From Podarcis cretensis (lineage: Eukaryota): a stretch of 64,000 nucleotides of DNA. Below the pieces are notes generated by a model. The model was not told the origin of the DNA, ran no database searches, and saw only the letters and a program-made list of their open reading frames with translations. Position numbers and translations under genes: made by a program. Location of the stretch: NCBI GenBank assembly GCA_951804945.1, contig OX638153.1, positions 26,784,001 through 26,848,000 on the forward strand, given 5' to 3'. Shown piece by piece: positions 11,474-23,445 of the stretch (positions are counted from its first letter, which is position 1; every line of letters begins with the position of its first letter).

Positions 11474-12497
11474 CTCTGGCAGTTAGACTTGAACATAGAC
11501 AAATGAAATGACAGTGAACTGTAAACCATATTCTCAGAGGTAAATATTAAGTTGATGAGCTGATGAAAGGCTGGGATGGGGAGAGAGATCAGCATTACAT
11601 TGTGCTGCCTGGAGAGCAATGTGCACTAATGTCTCCATGTTCTGCAACTGAATCAACTGAGAGAAAGTTAAAAGGTAGTCTGGTCTTGGTGAGGACAAGA
11701 AGCTTGAGGAAGGTTCAGAGGAGAGGAAGGATAGACAGCAACACAGAGAAGCACATTCTCTTTGTAGAAAAGATACTTGTCTCTGATTAAAAGGCACAAG
11801 CAACATTTCAAGAGAAAACTTCTTAAAATGTCCACAGAATTTAAATTTCTGCAATGCGGTGATTCAGTGACCAAGAATGTTGCTTGGGGATGAATTAAGC
11901 TCATAAGCGCTGCACACAGCCAGAAAATCCTTGCAGAAGGCAGCAAAAACAGCATGTGTTTGAATAAAATAGAAGAAAAAGGGAGACTTTCATAGTGTTT
12001 AGAAGAACATAGCTTACAAAACAAAACAAAAAAGGAAGTATTTGGAAAGCAGCTTAATGTATCTTCAAAGTCAGAATTAGTTTTTAGCACCTGATCAGTA
12101 GTACAGATTCATTTATATATCTATCTGCGCAATAAAAGCCTTTACAGTTGACGAACAAAAATTGAAGTTAAATCTCAGCATAAATCTGGGCATTGATTAG
12201 AGTACCAGAATTTCATTATCCCATTAGGGTAATTTTAGAATGTAAAGAAACAATAAGCAGTTGTAATTTTACCAAAGGGAACAATTTCACAGTAATTTTA
12301 GACTGAGTTCAAATTAAGTTAATGGAGCCAAACAACTCTGAAGTGTTCATTGATACATACCCTGATTTTTTTAATATTTGAGATAAATAAATATATATTT
12401 TATTTGAAACAGTATCATCTTGCATAGTTTATGTTATTAGATGAAAAGACTTTTCTGTGTGGATAAATATTGGTCAAAATGAAACAAATTCAGTTAC

Positions 12498-12641
12498 CAT
12501 CAACAGGATCATGGAAAACATTATTTTCATCTGCAAAGCTTCTGGTGCCTGAAATGTTTCCATAATCAAATATTGGTCCTTCCAACAAAGTTACAATGTC
12601 AATCCGATTGATTTTTGTCAATATAGAGGTTAAGGCATCAG
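12498..12641 (-). CDS. ANK3: ANK3 death-domain exon 3 (DALTSILTKINRIDIVTLLEGPIFDYGN...HDPVD)
   Basis: 144 nt, phase 1/1, ccacag|CT ... GATG|gtaact. Confidence 0.96.
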
Positions 12642-13049
12642 CTGTGGAAGGAAGAACAAAATAGATGAAAAGTATTTCATAACTGAAATTTGTAACTGTC
12701 TATGAGTATGGCCAGTGGTCGCAACAGTAACATGTATAGCATGGGAATCTTTATGCATGCAGTGGATTCAATCAACCAGTCTCTACTTTCCAGTGCACGT
12801 TCCCAAGTGTTTAGAGACATGTGTCTCACCTTCACACTTCATATGTATCTACCATAGCGAATATTGAGTGCCTATAAAGCACAAATCAGCTCTTCGTCAA
12901 TACTCTGTGTATAAGTGCATGCTACTGTAAAAATTGAATAATTCTATTGCCATGCAGTATCTCCCATAGCCATGCCTTATCACAATCTCTAAAACAGTGG
13001 ACAGCATTCTCCTCACTGCATTGTATGTGCATAGAACTACTTTGGGAAA

Positions 13050-13215
13050 GGGCTATGGCTCAGTAGGGAGAACACATGGTTTGCACACAGAAGGTCCCAG
13101 ATATCTCTACGCAGGGCTAGAAAGACTTCTGGTGAGCTGCTGCCAGTTACAGGTGGCAATGCTGGACTAGAAGGATCAATAGTCTGATTCAATATAAGGC
13201 AGTTTCATCTGTTCT
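13050..13215 (+). mobile_element. Squam3-like tRNA-derived SINE
   Basis: ggctatggctcagt...cagaaggtcccag head, ctgctgccagt body, tataaggcagtttcatctgttc tail. Confidence 0.65.
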
Positions 13216-13519
13216 CACTGTGAGAACTGTGAGATTGTGTTGTTTTAAGCCTATCCAGACAGATCCAGTTCACACACGCATGCAGATTCCTTATTCCTTG
13301 ACTTCTCAAAACTTGATGACCCACAGCTGAATGCATGAATTGAAATGTATGAATGAATGTATGAGTTGAAAATTATATCTATAGTCTCTGATCTGTGGCA
13401 TTTTATTCTCACATACTGGTTGAGGCCACAGTCATTAAGTGATGGGTCTAGTCTGTGTATGAAGTTCAGCAAAATATGGACTTCTACATACTTAAAACAA
13501 TAATAATTATGAAACTTAC

Positions 13520-13651
13520 TTGTAGCATTTTTCCCATCTCTGGTCACCCATTTCTTTAACAACATGAAGCTCTGAGCAATCAAAGAGTTTGGGTTTTCTA
13601 CCCGGATTTGATTAATTTCATCAACAGAAAAATTCAGCTCTCTTGCCAATT
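13520..13651 (-). CDS. ANK3: ANK3 death-domain exon 2 ([44 protein letters not shown])
   Basis: 132 nt, phase 1/1, ttatag|AA ... ACAA|gtaagt. Confidence 0.97.
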
Positions 13652-15021
13652 CTATAATATGGGGGAAATGGAGGGAAGAGAGAGATAACAAAGTTTATTT
13701 TGAAAACTGTTCTAATAGGACTAAGTCAGGCTTCCAGTCAGGTAGACAATCACTGATGACCTCACAATTACTATGTGGCGTAGCAACACATTGGCTTCAA
13801 CTCAAAGAACTGCAGCTGGTGTTTTATGCATGCACCAGGGCTTTCTTGTCTTCACCTCCTCATGTTGTAAGTTACCCTGAAGACTCAGATAAATCTCTGG
13901 AAAGGTATATGATGTAGCAAGAGAACTGCAGTCAGAGAGAGGGAAAATGGCCAAAAGCAAACACACAAAGAGTCTTCAAAGTGCAAACAGGTACCTTCCA
14001 CTCTCATACAGAATACTTTGAATCCAAACTGTCAAATATTGTATACAAAGCTATAAAATATTTCTGACATGCCTGGGGTATGTAGGAGGAAGCAGGAGAA
14101 GGCAGCAATGAGAGCTCCATTCTTTTGTCAACAATGGACAAGAGGGGCACGTCAGGAGATCTGCCTGCTCCTTGAGCAGGACTGGTCAGCTGCCTTACTG
14201 CCAAGGCAACATGGCTGCAACCAATGCCTCTCATGGCCCTTGATGCCCCGTGTGCAGTCAAGATCCTTTCTGGAAGCTACACAATTTTTAGTGCCTATAT
14301 TACAATACTAGTTGGTGAGAATGAAGAGAAGTCTAACTCGCTGGCTTTGCTTTGGAGAGAGGTCTTTATCAAAAGGGCCTTTGTGCTACTTCAAAAGTAT
14401 TTATTTCTTACATTTCTACAGGACAGATGAGGAAGAATAAACCTCGTTAACCTCTGCCCACCCTACCATATCCGAGGCCTGTGAGGAGACAGGACCGATG
14501 CAGTGGATTCTAGAGATAATGAGGTAACAAAATTGTGAACAAAAAACCCATGCAACATGTGATGGTCTCAAGACTAAGTTTCCTGCTTGGCCACCTAATG
14601 CTATGAAGCTCGCTAGGGGTGTCCTGACCAGGTTACTATCATGTTAACTGATTGCACAGGGTGGTTGTGTGGCTGACACATCAGACTTAGCTCCCTGAAG
14701 AAATGATGGGATACAAATGTCACAAATGCTTTATAAACACCAGTTTTATATTCTTCTTCTTTGGTGATCACTCATAGCCAAGTAAGATTGTCTTCCATAA
14801 ACCTTGTTTATGGAAATTTTATAATATAAGGAGTACTACTAAAACACATTTCATAAAGACCTCTTGCAATCTCGCTTGTCCACTGTATCCCTCTTTTTCT
14901 GCAGACAAAAGATGCCCTGAGGACTAAACTGCATTCTAACACACACACACATACACACCCTCAGCTGGGTATCAAAAGGAATTGCTAGTTGCAATATCAT
15001 CACCACAAAATAAAATCTTAC

Positions 15022-15096
15022 CTGTCCAACTAAGTCCCAGGTGATCGGCCACTATTGCCATCCTTATATCTGTCCGTTCACATGGACTCTGTGGAC
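15022..15096 (-). CDS. ANK3: ANK3 death-domain exon 1 (GPQSPCERTDIRMAIVADHLGLSWT)
   Basis: 75 nt, phase 1/1, tcacag|GT ... ACAG|gtaaga. Confidence 0.97.
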
Positions 15097-15747
15097 CTGT
15101 GATTTATAATTTATTGATTAAAAATGTGCTGTGAAAGAATTCTTAGCACTAACAGCATTTTAATACATTGTACTATGTTAACTGGTGCTCAGATCAATTG
15201 CTAAAATGACTGAGTGCCCTAAAACCTACAATAAATAAATTTTTGTCACAGATTTGAAAAAAAATGCCACCTTTATAAGGCCGAGTGTCAAACTACATGA
15301 TGTTAATTGTGTAAATGAAACCAAACATGCCAACAATCTATCTACTCAACTGTTCAACAGTGCTTTAACTACTGGTGGGGTGGTGGAAAACAGTCCACCA
15401 GTACTTAAAGGGGAAAAAAAAAGTTTTCTCTGTTTGACAAAATGAGAGGTGTTTTTTTTTTGCTGTCACAAAATGAAGTCTTCTAAGACCTAAACTATTA
15501 CATGAATGTATTTAGCATGCTTCACTAGCTGTCTATAGTATAGGCTTCACTTAAAGGAAGAAAGAAGAGTATAAAAGACAGCACATACAGATGACAATGA
15601 CAGAATGAGAACTACAGTAAGTCACTTCACAGGCAATCACAACAGTTCATGCACTAGGATCAACAAGTTGAAAGTTTTACAAACTAGGCTTGATCTCCAC
15701 GAGGTGAGCCACGAGAGCTCCAGAAACCTGACTCCCTCCATTCTCAC

Positions 15748-18700
15748 CAGTCCTCTTACTCCTCCTCCTCTCACTGTCGGACTTTTCAATCTTTGATTTT
15801 AAAGATGCTGCCTCTGTTCTCATATCTCTAGCGGGCTTCGATGTAATGGAAGGCTGGAAAACTTGAGTGGCTTCGGACAGGGACGTGTTTCTTGACGTAC
15901 TGTCTTCTTCATCGTCATCGGACACCTCTGACTGCAACTTTTTGTCTTCATCAGACAGGCGGTCCACAAGCTTTAAAGCCTCTCCACTAATTCCCTTAAA
16001 ATATTCAATAGAATGTTTACATACCTCCCTAAGCTGACTCTGCTTTACTTTAACTGTTGCTGCTGCAGCGGTGGTGGTGGTGGTAGATCTTACCTTTAAT
16101 GGTAATTTAGAAGGAAGCGGTTTGGCTTTGCTTCTCTCTAGCTGCTCTTGGTTTTGAACTGCTGGTGTCTTTCTAGCTATGGCTAAGTTATGCCTTTGTG
16201 TATTTTTTACAGGAATCTTAGACCTTACTTCTACATGTGGGAAAGAGCTGTTTTGTTTCCTTTTGTCAAGTTTACTATCTTGTCTGACTTTACTCACTCT
16301 GCAGGCTTGGCTACTGCTATGTGGGATAGCTTCTTTTGCTGAGGTAGCCTTTATGGGAAGTTTTGATCTCGCTCTAGTCCCTACTGGCTCTGATGACTTC
16401 TGCTGTTCTCCATGTACTTTTGGTTTACAGTGTCCTTGTGTTGCACATGTATCATTTCCTGAAGTGCTTTTCAATTGAGTAGCTTTCTGTGTGGGACACT
16501 TAGGCTCAAAATGTTCATTTAGCACTACTTTACAGGTAACGCTATCGTTAGGTAAAGCGGATGGGTCCAAATTGTTGTTGTTATTAAAATTATCTTTTTG
16601 GAAATCATGCTTTTCTGCTTCCCTACTACTTGACTGGCTTGTAACCTCCTCTATGGCTTCATATTCTAACCCCTGAACACCTGGCGTCACAGCCTCTAGC
16701 TTATCTGTCACTTCTCCAGAGACATCTTTCTTCAGCGTCATGGCGGAAGCAGAAATTCCCATTTTAATAGGTGTGCGCAATTTGGGATCAACTTTAGAAG
16801 CATTAACAGCGGTCGATGATTTCTCCAGGGAGTTACTACCGGGTGTTGCTTCCATACAATCTCCACTGGCCTGGGTGATGAGCTTACATTCAACTGTTGG
16901 TGTTTCTACTTCTCCCTCTACGTTTTTTCCTACAGCTTTGTCCCCTGACTGCAGCTGTGTGATGGCAGTGACTTTATTTTTATCCCCTTCCCCCTTGTCC
17001 CCTGACTTCCCTTCAGAAGTATGCTCACCAATCTGAAAAAATTGGAGTCTTTCTTCAACAAAATCCCTCTTGCTCATGTCAATTGCGCCACTGCGAGTCA
17101 TCTCAAACATCTTCCCTTCATGAAACGGGAAGGGATTGGGCTCACTAGTTGGTGTACTTTCATCAGTTGGAGTTCTGGCTGGAGTCGTATCTGGGGTTGT
17201 CGCTTGAGATCTGTCTTCTACAGCAAGGCCAAAAGGCTTAGCCTCGTCATCCCTCGATTTGGACTCAAACACTTCATCATCACCACGGTTATTGGACCAA
17301 GGGTCAAAATCTAGGCTTTTAGTAGCTACTGTCTTAAAAGGGGTTGCAAACTCTTCATCTACTTTGTAACTGAAATATGTATCAGGAAACACAGTCCTGT
17401 CAGGGTGCCTGCCTTCCAAAGTGAAAAACTGTGCCCCTGATTTTTGTTCAGTCTTATCGGCACTTTTTTCAGCTGCTGGACATTTTGATAAAAGTTTGTT
17501 TTCTTCAGTACCAACTTTTTCTTCCTCCTCAATAACTTCCAGCTTACTTTGGCTAAAACACCGATCAGTCTGTTTCAAAATGCCTTCTGTAGCCCATATG
17601 TCTTTTTTGATTTCCACTGCTGGGCCTGCAAGTTTGGAATCACTCTCGGTTAAGCCATCATCTTCATCTTGTAGATCATACCCATCAAGAGAGTCAATTT
17701 CAGTTGCATCTGTATCATGGGAAAATTCTGCAGTGGTTGCTATGGAACACTCAGTGACAGACTGGTCATTGTTCCCATTTTGCGCAATATCATTCTGGGG
17801 AGAATCAAGGCTAAGATCAAAATCATTAGGTTTCCCATTCTCTCTTTTCGCAGGCAATTTATGCTTGGAGCCTTCCTTCTGGCCATCTTCAACGTCATTC
17901 AATTTAAACATGTATCTTTTAATGGGAACAGGCTGATACAGGGATTCATCATCGCTGGAGTCACTAAGATCTTCTCCTGGTGGCCCAGGAGAAGGTGGCT
18001 GTACTCTTATGAGTGGTTCAGCCAGCTGACATTTGTCATGTTCATCCCGTAGGTTTACTTCTATCATCTCCATTTCACTCTCAGAGGAGTGGTGCTGCTT
18101 TTCTGATTCTGTCTGATCGGCATCTAGCGGAGGAGGAGGAGGGAACTCAATGTACGCAACCCGGTTCCCTTTGGGCCTTTTATTAGAATCTCTGTCTAAG
18201 CTACTGGGCAGCACTCTGTCAATTTTTGGTGGCTCAACAATGGCCTGTTTTACAGAGGTTGACTTAGCCTCTGCTTCCTCTTCAGACTCCTCAGAAACCT
18301 CAGGGATAGGACTGGGTTTGCCTGGTATATAAGCAATTAGTGAATCAGGCGTTTTAGATGTAAACTCGTAACTCACTTCCTCTGAGCTAGGAGTTTCAGG
18401 TGTTAATGGACTTTTCCCAGAACTATCTATAAAGGACACCTGCTCTAATGTGTCATCTTCTGGACTGCCTTGTGGAGAAGGAAGCTGTTTCTGCTGCCTT
18501 GTGGTGTAAAAGCCCCCCCTTGTCTCTTGTACCGTCTTACTTTCCTGACTTACAATTTTTTTAATATTTCCTTGTTGCACCTCCCTTTCATATTGCCTCC
18601 CTACTTGAACAAAACTGACATAAACAGGTAAGGTTTTTATCTCTTTTGTGCCCTCAGCTGTTGCTAAAGGGGCTGATTTTGCCAAGTTATCACTATGAAT

Positions 18701-21700
18701 AGAGTCAAAGTCCCTTGAGGGAGACTCCTTTCCTGGGCTATTTTCTAAAGAATCAGGTGATTTACTAAGGGATAGCTCAGCATCCTCCATAGGAGGACTT
18801 AATTTGATGTGCTTACTGCTAAACTGACAAAATTCTGAATACTTATTTTTAACATGCTCTGTATAATCAAAATTCCTCTCAGTTTTTTCCTTTGCCACAC
18901 TAGCATGGGACACTTTAGCTGACAGTTCATGTGCTGCATGTTTTAGCTGTTCATGAACTCCATCGGGAATGCTAGCTGATAACATTCGTTTTTCTTCTGA
19001 AATTCTGACTGGAATGTGGGATGCAGTCAATGGTTCTTTTTTCTTTGAGGTTTTATCCATCACTTCACTGGGGGGCTCTCCTTCTCTGACAAAATATTCT
19101 CTATAAAGGACCTTTTTGGATGGAGATTTTACAGTCACTTCCTTCACCTCCTTTGAATGGGACCCACTCGTTGACACCTTGTGCTCATGCTCTGTCACAG
19201 TGATGAATTCACTGGCTCTGCCCAGATCTTTAGTCTCAGGGTGGTCAATGTGATTGTCTTTTACTGCATCCTGAACAAGCACATGGGACAGTTTTTCTTT
19301 TTGTGTGTTATGGGCAAATGTTCCAGGGCTTTCCCATGTCCTATAGACCTTTTTATCCCAATGCCCCTTGGCTGATGCAGTATCTGAGCTTGTACTGTAC
19401 GCCAAACCTTTCAGCTTCTGCTCTACAAAGCCTTCTGGAACATTCTTACTTGGCATTTCATTTCTGTGTCTGAGTACATCTGAAGCAGCAGCATCTTCCA
19501 TCACTTTGCCTTTACCCTGGGCACCATCTTTTAATTTGCTAGCAGGAGATTCCCTCTGTAATGTTATACTCCCATCTGCAAGGTCTACCTCTTTTGCATG
19601 CTTTTCTCTTGCATAAAACTGATAGACTGGGAGCTTGCTCTCTTGCATTTTTTTCACTGGGATTTTAGATTGAGTGTCCTGCTTCTTATCATCATGATGT
19701 AGGTCCTTATTCTTTGAGCCTATGCTCTGTTCAAACTTCAGCCTAATAGAACTGAGTTTGGATTGCTTCAGCTGGAATCCGGTTGGCGAAGCCTCGGGTG
19801 TCCTACTCTTCTGAGCTGTTCCTTTCTGCTCCATCAGCTGCTTACAGTCCTCAGTCTGTTGTGTAAGGGCCCTTCTTTCGGGACTGCTAGGCAAACTAGC
19901 TGCTTTTCTTTCATCAGCTTTTGGGAAGCTCTTCCCACAATGGCCAAAGGGTCCTCCTCTAGTCCAGTCATCCTTTGAACTCTGCACCTCAGAAATCGTC
20001 ACCTTTTCGGGGCTGCTGCTGGTTGAACTATGGCCAGAGTGTGCTTCTTTCCCATTCCTTTTCTGCTGCTTTTTCTCTGGAGATTGCAGTTCATCATTCA
20101 GTTTCTCTGTTTTGTCCCGGAAGAACTGTGATACTTCTGTCAGTTTTTCTTCTGCCTCCTTAACAGTCCTGTCCACCCTGTCTTCATACATCAACTTTTC
20201 TCTACCTCTGTCTAATCTGTTCTCAGTAAAGCGCATCCACATTGCGTGCTTTGGGCTACTAACATCTCCGGTATAATGTAACACTGTCACTTTATCATAA
20301 TGATCATCTTTAGACATTTTACCTACACCATTTTCTGATATATCTTTAGAGATTTTGGTGAGGATTTCTTTTGGGGGGGCTGTGGCTATTTTTTCTCTGC
20401 ATCGTTTATCATGCCCCTGAAAGTCTGAGCTAAGGGGTAGAACATGGTCAGTAACTGACTCCTCAGTATCAGAGTGAGACACATCTAGCTTTTCTGAGAG
20501 CAGCATTTTCTCAGCAAACCTGTAAGACTCCCCTCTTAGTTCTGACAACTCATCGTCATGGTACTCTACTGAGTGCTGACTCAGAAGCTTCAGTGTTTTG
20601 TACGAGTCATCAGACATAAGTTGGGCAGAACTAGGGCGACTGTCTTCTTCCTGAGACACGGGAGTATTTACTCTAGAAGACTCCAGATAAGAAGGTAGGG
20701 ACTCTTCTGCTGTCAGTTCTTCTTCTTCTTGCTGACCTTGTTCATCTGAACAAGGAAGAGCATCATGTTTTTCCAAATCACCTCGAGGTAAGTCTTTCTG
20801 ATAAACATACATTTCTTTCTCTGGGTGCTTTTTGGTTTCTCTAATAATGACTTCAGTAGGTTCAGCCTCATTACCTTTTTCGATATGGACCTCTATTATA
20901 CGCTCCAGTTTGGGTTTCATTTTGCTGTCCTTCTCTGTATGTTGTGGTGAAATTTCAGTAGACTTGCTAACATCTGGTGTTACCGAAGACTTATGTTCAA
21001 ACAGACCTGCCAACTCTTTGGAAGGATCGCGTCCTGACTGAAAAGCTTTCATTATATCATGAACAGACATGGTTTCTTCAATTCTTTCTGAAGAACTCTC
21101 AGTGCACGGAGGCTTATGGTAAACCATTCTGGTAGTGGTAGTTATATGAGTTTCTTCTTTTACACGGACACCTTTACCAAGAACACATTTGTGGTCTTCA
21201 TCTTCATTACTGGCTTTTATTTGAAAGGCTTTCATTTTTTCTTTGATAGACCCTCCATTTGGCCTGGGTTCCAGTTCCATAAAAGTAGGTGCCGTTTTCG
21301 TTGATGGCGGCTCTTCTGCTTGAGGTTCAGGAACTTCTTCTGATGAAGGTTCATAGCTACGGATCACGTGAACCACCTCAGTTCTTGTCTCTGTAATGAC
21401 CGGAGGGATGGGTACATCATGGAAAAGTGGTTTCGGCCCTGTGCTCTCGGCGCTTTGTGGAGCTGAAGGAGTTTTCTCACTTCTTGTTTCAAAGCCACTG
21501 TCAGACAAAGGACTTTTGTCTTGGTCATGTTGGGAAAAGTCATCGGGAGACTCCAAAATAGTATCAGTTCCAAAAAAGGAATCTGCAATTTTACACAACT
21601 CTTTTTCTGAAGTAGAAGGCCTCATGGAGGCTGGAGGCATTTTAAGTTTGTGTTCTTGCAATGCAATGGCTGGTTTTAAAACTCTCTTTTGTCTCTCTTC

Positions 21701-23445
21701 ACCTTCTCTTTTCCCCTCTTCAAACTTGTACTTCAGACTTGCCAGAGAACTACTACCAATGTCATTTGTCAAATAATCAATGACTTTAGTCAAGTTATAA
21801 TCCTTTTCAGATACAGCCTTCGCTTTAATTTGCACCTTTTCAGGAATAGTTATAGGAGGATATGTCATGCCTTGCCGTCTTGCTTCATCAATCTCATCTG
21901 CACTGAACTCTACCCATTCATCCTCAGAAGAGTGTCCTTTATCATTTTTTGATAGCTTGGTTGATGCTTTCTTTTCTAAACACACATCTTTTTTCAGTAT
22001 CTCACTAACTTTTACTAAGTCCTCTTTTACTTTCTCAACAATTTTAAAAGGTTCTTCATCATCTATTCTACCCTCCTTTGTTAGTTCTGGCTGGAATTCC
22101 TTGTCCTCCATTACATCTGTCTGCAATATCGCTGTCATTCTTATTAGGTCCTCTTTCATCTCAGCCACATCTTTTAACATCTCCTGACTAGAAGATAAAG
22201 AAGATGGTACGGACAACTTAAGAGCAGAGGGTGCTAAAAACAAGGATGATTTTATAGGAGATGAGGTTCGGTTAAAGTGAGGCTGTGTGCGTGTCTCTGT
22301 AGTCAATGTTTTAATAGGCGATAGCAACGCAGCTGCCGATTTGGTAAGGGAAGATGACTCTGGGAGCTTCTTTAGTGCTGGTTCAGACAAAACATTGACT
22401 ACAGAATATACTGGGACTGTGATAGTTGATGAAGTTACTGACGAGGTAGTTGCTGATATTGACCCAAGAGATGTGTACAATACACCTGCAGGAGTAGTTC
22501 TTATTGACTGAAAGGCTGACGGAGTTGAAGACACATGTGACCTGAGTGGAGAAAATGGGGTTGCAGTAGTGGTTGGAAACATTTTCTCAACAGTATCAGT
22601 TGCTGTGTTAACAGCACAACTTGCAGAACTGGTTGCTGCAGTGATCTTGTCTTGAAATGTGGCTGTGGCTTTAGCTCCATTGATTAAATTGGCAGGGGAC
22701 GGATATTTCAAAGGTGACATGGATCCGTTAACCATGGCTACCTCTGTATGCCCGACTGTGTGTTTCACAGGGGAAGTGAGGGATGAAGCCATCGTGACCT
22801 TAGATGGTGAAACAGCATCAACTGCTGACTTAGCAGGAGACACCACTGACTTTAAAGGTGAAGATAAAAGCGGTGATGCTGATGTGATGATTGACTTAAA
22901 TGGCAAACTTGAAGAGTACATGTTAATGTTCGATTTGGGGGATGCTGGAGGCGTCATGGTAATGGATGATCTCTCCAAAAGAGACCCAGCTGTAGTCACT
23001 GGAGATGTCCGAGAGGGGAATGCGGATGCCAGCCCTTTCAAACTAGTGGCTTCTGTTACTGTGGGTGCTCTGACGAAAGAACCAGAAGAGACTTGGATAT
23101 TATATGGAGGCTGTGAGACCACGGTTTTTATTGGAGAGGAGATTGTCCGAAATGATCTAATTGGAGAAGCTACATCGCTAACAGATTTAATTGAAGACGT
23201 AGTGGAGGCTCCTAATGTGGATTTGATTGGTGAAGCAGAAGAAACGGACCATATTGATTTTAATGGAGAAGCTGTTGGAGTGTTAGAGGAAGAGCTTGAT
23301 AGAGAAGTGAAGCCTGATTTGGAATGCCCAGGCACAGTAATTGGTGCTGTTGTCCAAGACTGATACGGTCTTGCTGAAAAGAATGGCTTGTATGAATAGG
23401 TAGCAGGTAGGGATCTTGTTGCTCCTGCACTTCGTTCAACTGTTT
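15748..23445 (-). CDS. ANK3: ANK3 giant neuronal exon (serine-rich domain + tail of 480-kDa ankyrin-G)
   Basis: Uninterrupted ~2565-codon frame (ORF 15677..23335 plus upstream ERSAGATRSLPATYSYKPFF). Exon starts at 23445 or 23439; donor ACTG|gtgaga at 15747-15746; phase 1/1. Confidence 0.97.

Noticed and set aside
20320-20785. Additional phase-1 GT donors inside the giant exon (20323, 20782)
   Set aside because: Any GGT glycine codon creates one, so they cannot be supported without reads.
15677-23335. 2552-aa ORF as a stand-alone single-exon gene
   Set aside because: It begins at a GTG inside the exon and runs past a canonical donor; it is the ANK3 giant exon.
22659-23363. 234-aa plus-strand ORF, and other plus-strand ORFs across 16179-22511 and 9980-10207
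   Set aside because: Antisense shadows of Ser/Pro/Thr-rich or acidic ANK3 codons; no independent gene signals.
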